Below, in pieces: positions 47,164 to 59,712 of a stretch of DNA of 64,000 nucleotides. The stretch is from Botryllus schlosseri (lineage: Eukaryota): the NCBI GenBank assembly GCA_051294905.1, contig CM119372.1, forward strand, positions 31,064,001 to 31,128,000, written 5' to 3'. The position numbers and the translations under genes are program-made. Under the pieces are notes generated by a model. It was not told the origin of the DNA. It made no database searches and saw only the letters and a list, made by a program, of their open reading frames with translations. Numbering within the stretch: position 1 is the first letter of the stretch; the number at the start of each line of letters is the position of its first letter.

Positions 47164-48008
47164 CAGCGGGGCATGGACCGTAGCAGGATTGGATATCCGG
47201 CCCAACCGGCAGGATCTTCTCATTTATGGCCGGGGCCGGATTAGAGCCGGATCAGCACTTCTCAGGGATGAGCGGATTTGAAATTTCAATGTCCTAATTC
47301 AATCCAAATCCGAAGCTTCAAATCCTAATCCTAGTCCTAATCCATAACTTTAGTATATTAAACTCCCAATCCTAATCCGATATAATCGTAGAATTCCTTT
47401 TAGAACTTAGCCTACATCTTTTGCCTATAATTCCCTAAAAAGAAAGAAAACGCATATTGAGTGCCAAAGTACATGAAGTAACTTTGGTAGGACGAAAATC
47501 TTTTTCGCCATTCACCACAGGACATCAATCGTACTGAACATCGGTATATGCAATCCAAATCCTAATCCATTTTCAAAAACATCTGAAATCCTTTCCAATC
47601 CTAATCCGGCAAAATTTCACAAATCCGGTTTTCCCAGATCCTAATCATAATCCATGGTCAACTCGGGCACTTTTCCTGATACGGCCGGAATCGTATCGGA
47701 ACTAGATCTCTACTTTCACCTTGGAATCAATAGTTACATTAAACAGCATTTCATGTAAATAAACCGCATGTTAGGACAAAGTTGCCATCATTACTTCAGA
47801 TAAGGGTTAGGCTTGATCTTTGAATTTTTAAATTTCTGTTTGTATTGTTTCAATCAATATTCAATACCAACCTGTGATTATGGCCGGAGTTGTCGGACCT
47901 GACCACGGATATTTCTAGGATCCGGCCTAGGAGTCGGACCGCAGTCGGACCAGGGAATTAAAAAACAGGATCGGAATCGGATCAGAGAATTTGTCAATCC
48001 GTCCGGCG
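47164..48008. mobile_element. CCGGA-rich MITE abutting the 5' edge of the NACHT exon, with a nested AATCC-type MITE (about 47263-47666)
   Basis: Similar to about 51590-52008 (GCATGGACCG...GAGAATTTGTC). Boundaries approximate. Confidence 0.65.
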
Positions 48009-49454
48009 CCAATTTATGCTTAGTCATGCTCGTTTACTCGCGTCGAAGCATGTTTGTGTGTGACAATCGAAGTAAGGTTTTGGAAATTGATTCGCAGTAG
48101 CCTACAGTTACTTCATGTCAAAATGCAGAGAGTGTGCGGACTTGCTTTCGCAAGAGGGAAACACCATTATATGAGAAGATAAAGTAATATGATGCAATTG
48201 GTGATGGGCCCGACTGCAAAAGCTTGTTTATAGCTAGAATCGGGAAAAGAAGAGGGTAACTGTGTATCTTTACAGCTACCTACAATTGGTGCTTCTGAAC
48301 AAGTGCATGAACGATCCATGCGTATCGTTCCGGGTACCCAACGCAACGCTCGTGGCTCGTCGCTGATCTCGTTATCTCACATTGTTGCTGTCATGAAAAT
48401 GAATCGATATGCAGACGTACCCTTCCTGGCAGTGTACGCAAACACTTCGGCGAAGGTGCAATTGTTTGAGCCCTTCACCATTTCAAGTGAATGAAATAGT
48501 GGTGATAAGGTCATATTGGGGCTATGCCCAAAAGCATGTTTTACACCATGGTTGAATCGACTTGGGTCGCGGGCCGGATTCAAACCTTTTGATCGCTTGC
48601 GAGACGTTACAATCAAATATGATTCAACAATGTTGCTGGAATGCTATATAATCAAGCCAATACATAATAGTAAGTCATAATATTGCGGATCATAGAGGCG
48701 CATCTCTAGCAACTTCTTTATTCGCAAACACTGGAATTGCCCCCAGGATACGTTGATTTTGGGGCTGGAAAACCAAACACTACCCCTATTAACTGTAAAC
48801 GCGGACGTTGGAATTCGATCATTGTCATTTAATCGCCAGTCGGGTTTCTCGAAAGGACGGGAATTTTTGAGTAAGAAGATATACAGCAGCGCAGTGCGAC
48901 CACAAATAAATTTAATTGAAAGATATTTTGTGTGTAGCGATTATATTCTCCATGCAACCTACATACAACGGTTTCACATTGCCGTTTTCGCCCCTGTCAA
49001 TAGCTATTTTGACTCCCTATTGTTCTAGAAAACTATGAACTTAGTGTGCGCAGATCTTTTGCCTCTACAGAATTTTCTGTCAATGTCACCGACTTGTCCG
49101 TGATGGTGACTGGAGTGACAACTCAGAATTGCCGTCGGGTGGTTGTTGTAATGTGACCTATGAACAATTAACTATGTTTTACATTTGCTGTCTTATAAGA
49201 TATTATTTACGTGGAAATATTTCACACTAAAAATCTCAACTTTGTTCGAAATGTGCTTGAAAATAAAAGCAATACAACATATGCCCAGAATTGCTTCGCG
49301 GGCCGGATGAAATCGTCTGACGGGTCGGATAGGCCCGCGGGCCATATGTTTGACACCCCTGTTTTAGACGGTTCTACAATTAACTTGAAAAACGAGCATG
49401 CATTTACGGTACACTCCTTTTGAAACAGATACATCTTGTTGTATATACCGGTAT

Positions 49455-49881
49455 CAGAGATGAGCGGATTTGAAATTTCTATGTCCTAATCCAATCCAAA
49501 TCCGAACCTTCAAATCCAAATCCAAAACCTAATCCATAACTTTTTCATATTCAAGGCCATGTCCAATCCTAATCCGATTCCAACTGGAAATTCAGAAAAA
49601 ATACTAATTTATGTAATGGAGGGATTCGAAAATTTTCTTTCACAACCAACGATTCACTTGATTCAAGATAACTTAGTAACTATAAGTACATTAATAACTG
49701 ATCTGAATAAAGTTTGTCGCCATTCGCCACACGACATTTCAATCTCCCAGAAAATAGGTAAATCCAATCCAAATCCTAATCCGTTCCGAAAAAAATGTCT
49801 AATCCAAATCCAATCCAAATCCGACAAAATTTCACAAATCCTGTTTTTTCAAAACCTAATCCTAATCCATGCTCATCTCTG
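49455..49881 (+). mobile_element. hAT-type MITE (CAGAGATGAGC TIR)
   Basis: TIR CAGAGATGAGC / GCTCATCTCTG. 8-bp TSD ACCGGTAT. A diverged copy lies at about 47263-47666. Confidence 0.92.
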
Positions 49882-50890
49882 ACCGGTATCTGGTTTACAT
49901 TGGAATTGACTCCCTGACGATATGATGTACTTCTTATACATAATTGCACTGCACAGTTGTTGTTGTTTGTGGTATTCATGGTGTTTGTCGACTACTATAT
50001 GGTCATTTACACCATGCTGATATTCCTTATTTTTGATTCCGTGTCTGCCGACTTGTAGCACGGCACACTTCTAGGCTTCTTGTAAGACACCGCTCACGCG
50101 GATGAGATGGCGAGGAGGAGCTCAGATAAACCTCAAACACTTAGGTAGGAATTCTGCAGTCGACCTCGGTCCGTGCACACTGCACAGTGATGATCAAGTC
50201 TATACAAATCCCGATTGCTCTTGATATCTGCACCGCAGTTATTAGATGATACCACAGCAGGATAATATCAGGTAGATGTAACTATACCCTTTATAAAGGC
50301 TATGATGCAACTATACCAACATGCTGCTACAGCTACCGGTGAAAAATGTGAAACTTGGATATTTATCTTCGCACCTACTAATTATATTTATATCGAGTGT
50401 GCTAGAAGTAGTTTTGAATTCATAAACTGGCTTGCAGCATATGAAACTAGCAAATACATACCAAAAACAACCATGGTAGGCAACTTCAGCCGTACCCAAT
50501 AGCAGGCTTAGAAATCGGTCGTCGCAAAGCCCGACATTGCGGGCGAAATCCTGTCACAGTATTGAAATGGACTTGGGACGGAGTGGGGCGGCTTTTAAGC
50601 CCGAGAATCGGAATAAGTCGACTTTTTGAAACCCACCATAAATGTTTGGTTTGGTTTGTTTTTTTGTAACATTAGCTCAATAACGATTAAAGGTACGAAT
50701 GATCTTGGTAACAGTAGATCAGTTTATATACAAGGGGCCGTTGGATCAAGGCGGCATTGGATCAACTGATTTAATATGGCGTATTATTTAATATCTATTT
50801 TAACATAGTATTATCTAGTTTCTTTTCAGCTTTACCGTTCGATGTCGTATTACTCGTAGTGTCCGGAAAAATTTGGAATACGATTCTCAC

Positions 50891-51037
50891 CTGCGTTAGT
50901 AGGACATGTTTCGTTGTAGACATTCAAGGTTTCATTGAAGATGTTCTGATCTCCTGCGAAAACCTTCACCGGGCTACATACGAATGTCTGATCGACTCGG
51001 TTACCTTCTGCCAACGTTGCGATTTTGAGTCTTTTTT
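50891..51037 (-). CDS. Candidate 147-nt upstream exon, possibly of the NLR gene (KRLKIATLAEGNRVDQTFVCSPVKVFAGDQNIFNETLNVYNETCPTNA)
   Basis: Good acceptor (CTGTTCACAG) and donor (CAG|GTGAGA), open frame, phase 1-1. Its phase does not directly match the apparent NACHT-exon acceptor. Confidence 0.4.
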
Positions 51038-54000
51038 CTGTGAACAGTTTTCAATCATAACACTTTGTGCATGCGAAGATAGTCAAATTACGTCATATTG
51101 TAAATCAAATACGGACGAAGTAAGAATGTAAGCTCTGGTGAGTGCAAGTTACCGTCATTTGTGCAAGTCCTTTACCAGAGTTAATCAGGTAATTTCAGAG
51201 GCGGTCATCGTTATTACTCATGTAGAAGAAGAAGTAACTTAAATTTTCATTCAAGTACATGCACAAGTAGAGATTTCCAAGTAAGTAAAAACGTAAACAG
51301 GATATGGGTCTATTAGTTTAGTCAGAAAATCTGATCACTCTGAAGTAGGCCTAGTATTCTAATATCATGACCGCTTGAGTAAGCAGTTAGAGTTGGAATA
51401 TCCTACTTGAGTAGGCCTACTCCGAAAAAGTAGAAGTGTTTCGTCACTGACCATCCTCTGGAGTAATTTAACAATAAATGAAAAGAAAGGATGATAAATA
51501 ATTCAATAATAAATGCCGATTATTTTTTGAACTTGATAATAAACCGCAAAGCGTAATAAAGGCAAGCTAATACGGAGTATATATAGTAAGGTGGAGCATG
51601 GACCGGAGCCGGATTGGATGTATGGCCGGATTTTCTCATTTTTAGCAGGAGCTGGTTCAGAGCCGAATCGGAGCCGGATCAGTAATTTTTACTAAGAATA
51701 TGACAGCCTCACCCTCTTCCACCCTTGAATCAATAGTTACAGTGAAACGTTCACGGAAATGAACATGCTAAGTACAAGTTCGGATAAATACTTCAGATAA
51801 GGGTTGGGTTTGCTGTTTGAGTTTTTAATTTCCTGTTGCATTGTTTCAATCAATATTCAATACCCTCCAGTAAGAAGATAATTATTATCGGCGTTTTCGG
51901 CCCGGATCACGGTCATTACTAAAATCCGGCCTAGGAGTCGAGCCGGATTCGGACCAGAGCTTTAAAAACAGGATCGGAGTAGGACCAGAGAATTTGTCGA
52001 CCGCTCCGCAATAATATATAATGGGATGGTGCGAACGTTCTGTTCAAGTTCGGTATCCAAACCGTTACAATCCATCTATTCACGTCTGCAAACCAACCTT
52101 AATAGATTCTATCCGTGTTCTATTTGAAGAAAATTAGAATTATTCAGGATTTCAATGTATTTGTTCAAAATGTCTTCAATTTCAACTTCCACAGTCGCGG
52201 TGGCAGTCAGAACGGAAATCCAACAGGATGATAAGATGCACCTTGTATCGTCCATTATGATACTACGTTCGAGAGTTTTGCTCGAAATATAAATAATAAC
52301 TTGGCTCGTTTCCGCCACCGCCATGTGCTAAGTTCAAAAACAGGCAGGACCGAAAAAAGGAGCGTGTATCTTCTCGTCCAATAGCAAAGTTAAGTCTGCC
52401 ATATGCCAGATACAACCGCATTTGAGTACTAGATTCGGATTTGCGAAGTCATGCAGGCTTCAAAGATTCCCGTTGGGGGTCTAACAATATTGAGAACTTT
52501 GCTGGTATAGAAACTAGCCCAATCACTTTTATAATTTCGCCGACAACTCGTTAATATAATATCGTCGTAAGTCACTGACACTACGCGTAGCCTTATAAGA
52601 GGCCTACAACTCCAATAAAGGGCGGGAGCCAAACGAAAATTGATTTGGCCTTAAATTAGCATTTTGGCATCACCCGACGTCATTCACAAAATACCTTTAA
52701 TAAAATTTTGTGTTCGCTAGAACCCGAACCTTCCACAGGGGTTCGCACCTCCCATAATATATAGATCAGCCCATTCCGAAAACCGGCGTGTTAAATCGTA
52801 GGCACACTATTATAATATATGGTTATTACGTTAGTAACCAATTGTTTACTTGGTATCCCAGGTGATGATACCGACGATGAGTGGTCATGGTCACTATCAG
52901 ACGCGACACAGTGTAGATCTTCACGTCCTTCAGCCATGATAAAATCTACATGGTGTGAAATAGCTATGTATCGTACAATACTAAAAATACTTTGAGTTTG
53001 GTCAGTTGTCATACCAGGTATTTCCTGACATACATGAGACCTGCGAGTCATACATCGTTTGACATGTAAACTGTGAAACAATAATAGCATCCACAGAACC
53101 GTAACATAATTTCGTCAGACCTCCACCAAAACACCTCTGATCTTGGGATTCGCACAGAGTGATATACAATACCTGTGGGAGGGGGGGGGGCGCCGCCTAG
53201 ACTTATACCTATACATCTGCGAGCGGGCCCGTTGTCATCAATCACTTTCTTGTGTATTGTTTGTTTTAGTGACCGTCCGTCTACGGTACAGTCAACATAT
53301 TTTGAAGTCGCTGAAACGCATCAGACGTAAAGAAGTTCCTCCGTGCAACGCATACGACTCAAAATGGCATTTCTTCGTAATTTTTCTCTACGGGTGGCAT
53401 TTTTAATGTGGGGCTGAGATCGCCAGGACAAGAATATTATGCGCCATCCATTTAGGCGCATGTGCACAAAGCGAAATTCGACATAGATATATATAGGTTT
53501 CGGTCAGCATGAGGCGGTTCTTTTGGGTCAGGGTATCTTTGCCGGCTAGCTTTCTCGCAGCGCACTTCGCAGAGTCGCATGGTAGCGGAACCGTCATTTT
53601 CAACGTCTTGGTGTGGCGTGACGCGGTAATGGCAGACGCCGAAATGCTTATTTCTATAAATTATGCGTTTTTTTAGGGGGGAGTGGAGCTAGCATGCAAC
53701 AAGAAATCGCGCGCAGTGCGAAAAAAATCTGAAAAAAGTTGCGTGAATATCAAAATAATACTCTATAATTTATGTTGATTTACGAAATAATTTTGGGCCC
53801 CCTTCTAGCTCAGCTCCTCCAAATAGGGGGTTTGGGGAAGGCCTAGGGCAGTTACAGCACCGAGCATCCATAGCAAATGTATCATAAATACTTGAATCAC
53901 AGATTTGCGTAAGTTGCACAATACCTAGGCTACATATATTTTTAGCACGGAGCAACATACCTTCAAACAACTAAAGCGGTATATCTGGATAGACGTGTAG

Positions 54001-56359
54001 GGCAGGGGGAACAATAATTATGCGGCGGTCTATACATAATTGAATTGGTGTGGGTTGGAGCAGTCAGCGTGCAATTTGAATAAATGGATTGTATTCCAAA
54101 TTGTTAAAGTGAGTTTAAATCCACTTTGGTTTTTCGCACTTCGCGCGATTCGGTCTTGTATGTTTTTTTCGTTTTTAATATAGTATGTCTTTGCAATATG
54201 AACCCCATTGCTCGAATGAGAGCTGCGGAAGAACGTGACCCATCCCATAGAAGAAATTACAAATTAGAATCGTGGATTTTTCTGGTACGTTTGGGCGATT
54301 CCAATTTATATGTTTACCATTCCAATATATAGTTTTACTATAACAACAATCCTTAGGGGAGACCAAGAAACAATTACATGCAACAAAGTGATTAATAACA
54401 AGCTGAAGATACATCATCGTTAATTATGTACCCGAATTTTCGTAGACACCCCATCCATCAGCTCTACCACTAAAGTTGATCACGTGGGCTGAGAAAGGAT
54501 AAATATTTGATGTGTGAAACTAATAATAATATTGACGAAATTAATTCATAAAAATGAAGAAAGTTTTACTATCCGTGCGACTAGACAACGAGCTTTTCAT
54601 AACAATAATACTCGAATTTTCATTGCGTATAGAAAGCGAGGGCGTTCTGCTTCTACAATTAGAAACTTTTATGCGCAGGGTAATGGGCCTATTTCACAAG
54701 AAAACAGGGATGGTACAGAACACCACAATGGATGACGCAGTGCGAAGTCCTCCGCAGTAGAGCCAATTTGAGATGGTTGGTATCCAGGTGTGTCATTACG
54801 TCTGTCCGCTGGATTGCGGCCGTATGCAGTAAATGTGATCGAAATGCACACCATTGGTGTAGCATTTTTGGTACATAGTAACATTATAATAAGATGACGT
54901 ACTATTTCTATTTCCAAATAGCTTTGCTGCGCCATAACGCGATTATGCAATTAATTACAGTCCACCAACTTTACTGATTAACATAATGCACTTAATTCTC
55001 CCTCTAATACTCCATATTCGAATCGGATTTGGATTCGATATTTTTACGAGCTTGGCGCAGGGGAGGTAAAATACACACCCTGAGCCACGCAAATGTGATA
55101 ACTTAAAGTGGTGAAATCAATACGCGATACCATCCACTCACCAGTAGCATTATAATGAAAGAAGAACTTGCTCAGTTATTCACCTTTTCTGAAAAGACAT
55201 GATGTAGTGGCGGAATGAAAGATTATTTGCTGTATCAAGGATACACAATGGACAATGAACAATGAACATGTATACTACAACATTGTATAGGATGCTTTGA
55301 TTTTATGATTTCTGAGCTGCCGACATGTACCACGGCACTCTATAATTTTCCCCATCTGTAAAAGACCGCCGGCACGGATCGACGACAACCGCGGACACAA
55401 GCTAGCCTCTTTGTTGCTCTCATTAACCACTGAATATCCCACAAAAATATAATATACAGTTGCCGTTTGTTTCTAGGAATAGTCATCGTCAATTTCCGTA
55501 TATGAATGCCATAAAATAGCGGATATTAGTATTGTCTAAGCCGCTTCTGGGAATCGAGAAGAGAATTCATGCTGATAGCGTCAAACGCATGGACGAATAT
55601 CCGGCTGTCACATAAGTATATATCTTGGGTTCTACTGGTGGTAGGACCTTAGATAGTCTCTGTGATAAGCACATGCCAATACAATTTTACTAAAATCAAA
55701 ATAACGGCAAATATTCGAATCCAATATATTACTCTGCAAACCTGTGCAATAAGTGCATGTATGAATAAAAGTTGAAGACATATCACATAACAACATATGT
55801 ATCATGCTGTAATAATAATATGCAGTTGCGGTTTGTTTCAATGGATAGCACTCGCTAATCCGCGTCTTTCAATGCTAAAATGATCGATAACGAATCTATA
55901 GAAGTCCATGTGTATATTGCGTATAGTGTGTGCTTTTGAAATAGCCGAATAGAATGGAATACAAAGGTACATGGTTCAAACTGTTCGTCATAATTATACT
56001 GAATATTTTCATGCGGCTCCATACGCACGCTGAGGTTTCAATCACCAAAAAGTTGGGAGCCACTGGTCTAGATAAACCTCTAAACCAGTGATTCCCAACC
56101 GCGGCCCTGAGGGCCGCATGCGGCCCCCAACTAGCCTTCTTGCGGCCCCCACAAAAATATTGAGAAATCGATCTATGGAAAAAAATTATATTCATAAAAT
56201 ACTCTTGCTTGGCTTGGAGTCTGGAGTTTTCAATTAGGGTTGCACGCAAGTTGTGAGTAGACTGCTAAGATTACGTCACTGCTGTTCCATTGCAATGTGC
56301 CCGAACTTTCCAGTTGAACGGGCAGTACCTATAGATATAAGTATAGTTAGAGGTATTGA

Positions 56360-57610
56360 CAGGGCCGTAACTGCCGCACCCCAAGCCCCCCAATTGGGGG
56401 GAGCGAGCTCGAAGGGGGCCCAAAATTATTTAGTGAACCAGCATAAATTATAGAGTATTTTATGAAATTTTATGCAACTTTTTCAAAGATTTTTCGCGCA
56501 GCGCGCGATTTCAACTTTCCAAGTACCTTAATTATTGGGTACTCTTCGACCAAGATAAAATACGCAAGATTTATAGAAGTGGGCATATCGGCGTTAGCCA
56601 TTACCGCGCCACGCCGCATGAAGACATATAAAGTTTTAGGCCATGTAACATGCGACTCCAATAAGTGTGCCAGAACGATCGGCAGCGAGAAAACCTTGGC
56701 CGAAAAGAACTGCCCTTACGCTGACCGAAAACTTCGTTATGTATATTCAAAATACATATAGGTATAATTGAAGGGAAGAATTATATGCCAGTGGAGAACT
56801 ACCAATTTGAAATAGTTTGCATCTTTTAGTTTAGTACGTTTGGGCGATTCTATATTTTTTGATACAGCAGACTGGATGTCACGAAATGAAAAATAACATC
56901 ATGTAACGAAGTCGTACCAACGGCTCCGCCCGTCCGAATATGTTTAATTATTATTTACGGGCCCTACAGTTTCCAAGACCCCTCAATCAGCTCTATCGGT
57001 AAATCTGATTACGTGAGCAGAGAGGACAAGTAATTAAATAGCATAATATATGCAATTGCCGATCTTATTGACCTATTTTATTTTGAATTATCGAAAATTT
57101 TCGCGCTCCGCGCTGGCTCACTAAACGGGGATCCTGATTTCGTGGCAGAAGCGAACAACGGCACGGGGGTCGGTTTATGACCCTATGGGAGCCCAATACC
57201 TAAGTGTTCTGGGGGGCCTGACGAAGTGCTGTTTCGTTAGTGCCACCGGGTATACTCCCGAAGATGTTTAATTATTATAATGAGTGGTCCTACCTTTTCA
57301 AACACACTCACTCGGCTCAACCGGTCAATCTGATTACGTGAGCAGAGAGAGGATAAAAATTGATACCAATATATATGCAATTCCCGATTATATTGACCGA
57401 TTTAATCATGAATTAGAGAAATTTTTCGCGCTTCGCGCGATTTGTCGAGAGAAGCTGCCTAAAACGGACACCCGATTTAGATGATAAATAGCGGTAAACA
57501 GCCATCTAGTCTGAGGGAGGCTGGGGGCTTCGAAGTTCGGTTTATCACCCTATGGGGGGCCAAGGGAAACGTTTTTTGGGGGGAGCTGACGAAGTGCTGT
57601 TACGGCCCTG
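56360..57610. mobile_element. Non-autonomous hAT element (CAGGGCCGTAAC TIR) with an internal duplication of about 325 bp
   Basis: TSD GGTATTGA (56352-56359, 57611-57618). Internal part also present at about 1174-1880; end fragments at about 25075-25142 and 53570-53850. Confidence 0.9.
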
Positions 57611-58438
57611 GGTATTGATAACTAATTTACGGATAGATGTGCAACAAGTGACTCACGATTGAATACGCCGAGATGCGTACTGCTTATTTAGCCGGCAAAA
57701 AGCAGCATAATTGGTAGTCCTACTCCTATAGCTCGCGACCCAAGCGTCCGAATAATTTGATATGTCGGTGTTTATCGAAAGCAAGTGCAATAAAACTACT
57801 CCGAAATGGCCAGCAAAGGTTGATTGTTCTGAACAACGGGAGCGCGGCAACACAATGGCCAATGGCGTCAAGCGAATGATCGGAACAATGCCAATTTCCA
57901 TATTTTGGTGACAATTTTGGGTTCCTTTCATTGCCCTGGTATTCGTGCGGCCCCGGCCGTACTCTGAAATTCTAAATTTGGCCCTCACGCCGAAAAAGGT
58001 TGGGAACCACTGCTCTAAACAGAGGAACGGATTTTGCACTCCTACCCGCGACCCTTTTGTGTTGCAACGCTGAAACATACCGCTAAGATCGCGCCATTGG
58101 AGAATTCATAATTAGAATCTCACTTTACTAATATAGTAGGCCTAATTGTGATAGACTTGTCGCGTGCCTGCCATTGCGCCTCTCTTCCATACGGTATATC
58201 AACGAGCAGTTTGATGAATTCTCTGCTTACAGCAAGTCTACCATGCTCTGTAACGTCCTGCGAGTACGCCCTGTTATGAATTCATATTCTCACTGTGACC
58301 GCTACTATTGAATTTGGCGAGCACCGATTACTTCCTTCATGTCAAATTCGGTAGAACTAGCAACGTCTACTTACAACGCTAGGCTTTAGTGTAGTCGCAA
58401 TCACATCTCTCACATTTCGATATAGCCTACCCATGTAG

Positions 58439-59712
58439 CAGAGATGAGCATGGATTAGGATTAGGTTTTGAAAAAACAGGATTTGTGAAATTTTGTCGGA
58501 TTTGGATTGGATTTGGATAAGACATTTTTTTCAGAACGGATTAGGATTTGGATTGGATTCACCTATTTTCTGGGAGATTGAAATGTCGTGTGGCGAATCA
58601 AATCAATCAATCAATCAATCAATCAGGTTTAATAATACTTTCATCGTTTCAAAACATCACAAGACTGCGATAAAATGAAAAGATAGGAAGGTGTCGAAAC
58701 AACTTGGAGTAGCCATTAAGATCAGACACCCACCTTAGCCTAGGCGAAGTAAATAAGAGGCATTCACACTGAATGAAAAGTAATGCAGAGAATATAAGAC
58801 GCAAGCGACAAAATGGGGGGGGGGCATGTGGCGGAGGGTGAGGTCGATGTTAGGTCGTGGTCCGGTAATCCTGAAGACTGGCTAGTACTGATTTAGACGA
58901 AATTGCTTGTATTTCGATTTGAATGCGGACATGCTCGACGACTGTCGGATAGCCGGCGAGATGGTGTTCCGCAATTGGGGTCCGGCATAGCCTACTTGGT
59001 AGAGCAATGCGGTTTCTTGTATTCAGTCCTGATCATATGATAGTTGTTCTTCGTTGACGCGCGTGTGCTGTACTTGTGCGCTTTTGTCTCCGAGGTGAAG
59101 TAGTCCTTGAAATATGACGGACATTGACCGCAATGGAACTGATACATAAACTTGGCAATTTCTAGCTTCCTCATATCTTCTAAGTTTAGAACACCAAATC
59201 TTTTGAGAAGCGATTTATCAGTTGCACATCCAAGCCCCCGGGGGGCTTTGGCAATGATACGGATGATCCGATGTCGAAGTTTTTGCAGTGGGTCAATTGT
59301 ATTCTTGCAGGCCGCACCCCAACAAAGAATTCCGTATTGTAACTTTGATAGGAATAGAGAGTTGAAGAGTATCAACAGCACGCTGACTGGCAGAATGTAG
59401 CTTAGGCGGCGAAATAGACCCATACCTTCGATAGTTGTGGTTTGAGGCGACAAACTTTATTCAGATCAGTTATTAATGTACTTATGGTTACTAAGTTATC
59501 TTGAATCAAGTGAATCGTTGGTTGTGAAATAATATTTTCGAATCCCTCCGTTGCATAAATTGGTATGTTTTCTGAATTTCCAGTTGGAATCGGATTAGGA
59601 TTGGACATGGACTTGATTATGAAAAAGTTATCCATAAGGATTTGGATTTGGATTTGAATGTTTGGATTTGGATTGGATTAGGGCATAGAAATTTCAAATC
59701 CGGTAATCTCTG
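58439..59712 (-). mobile_element. hAT-type MITE (CAGAGAT TIR, AATCC-rich) carrying the LINE insertion
   Basis: 8-bp TSD CCATGTAG (58431-58438, 59713-59720). Near-identical inverted copy of 49455-49881. Confidence 0.9.
58599..59445 (-). mobile_element. 5'-truncated non-LTR retrotransposon (CR1/L2-like) 3' fragment with (TTGA)n tail, inserted in a MITE
   Basis: ORF 58992..59453 encodes a typical post-RT region (LLILFNSLFLSKLQYGILCWG...LQKLRHRIIRII...HKYSTR) with a frameshift near its end. The (ATCA)n run at about 58599-58625 is the minus-strand tail. It splits the MITE motif GGCGAAT|GGCGAC, which is intact in the 49455-49881 copy. Confidence 0.85.

Noticed and set aside
47156..47223. N-terminus MRRSCRLGRISNPATVHAPLYY of the 533-aa ORF
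   Set aside because: Lies almost entirely within a MITE end (similar to about 51590-51680), so it is unlikely to be the real start.
52109..52324. 71-aa ATG ORF as first exon of the NLR
   Set aside because: No recognisable domain or convincing donor, and it lies between ends of a TAGGGATGGTG-type repeat (about 52021-52755).
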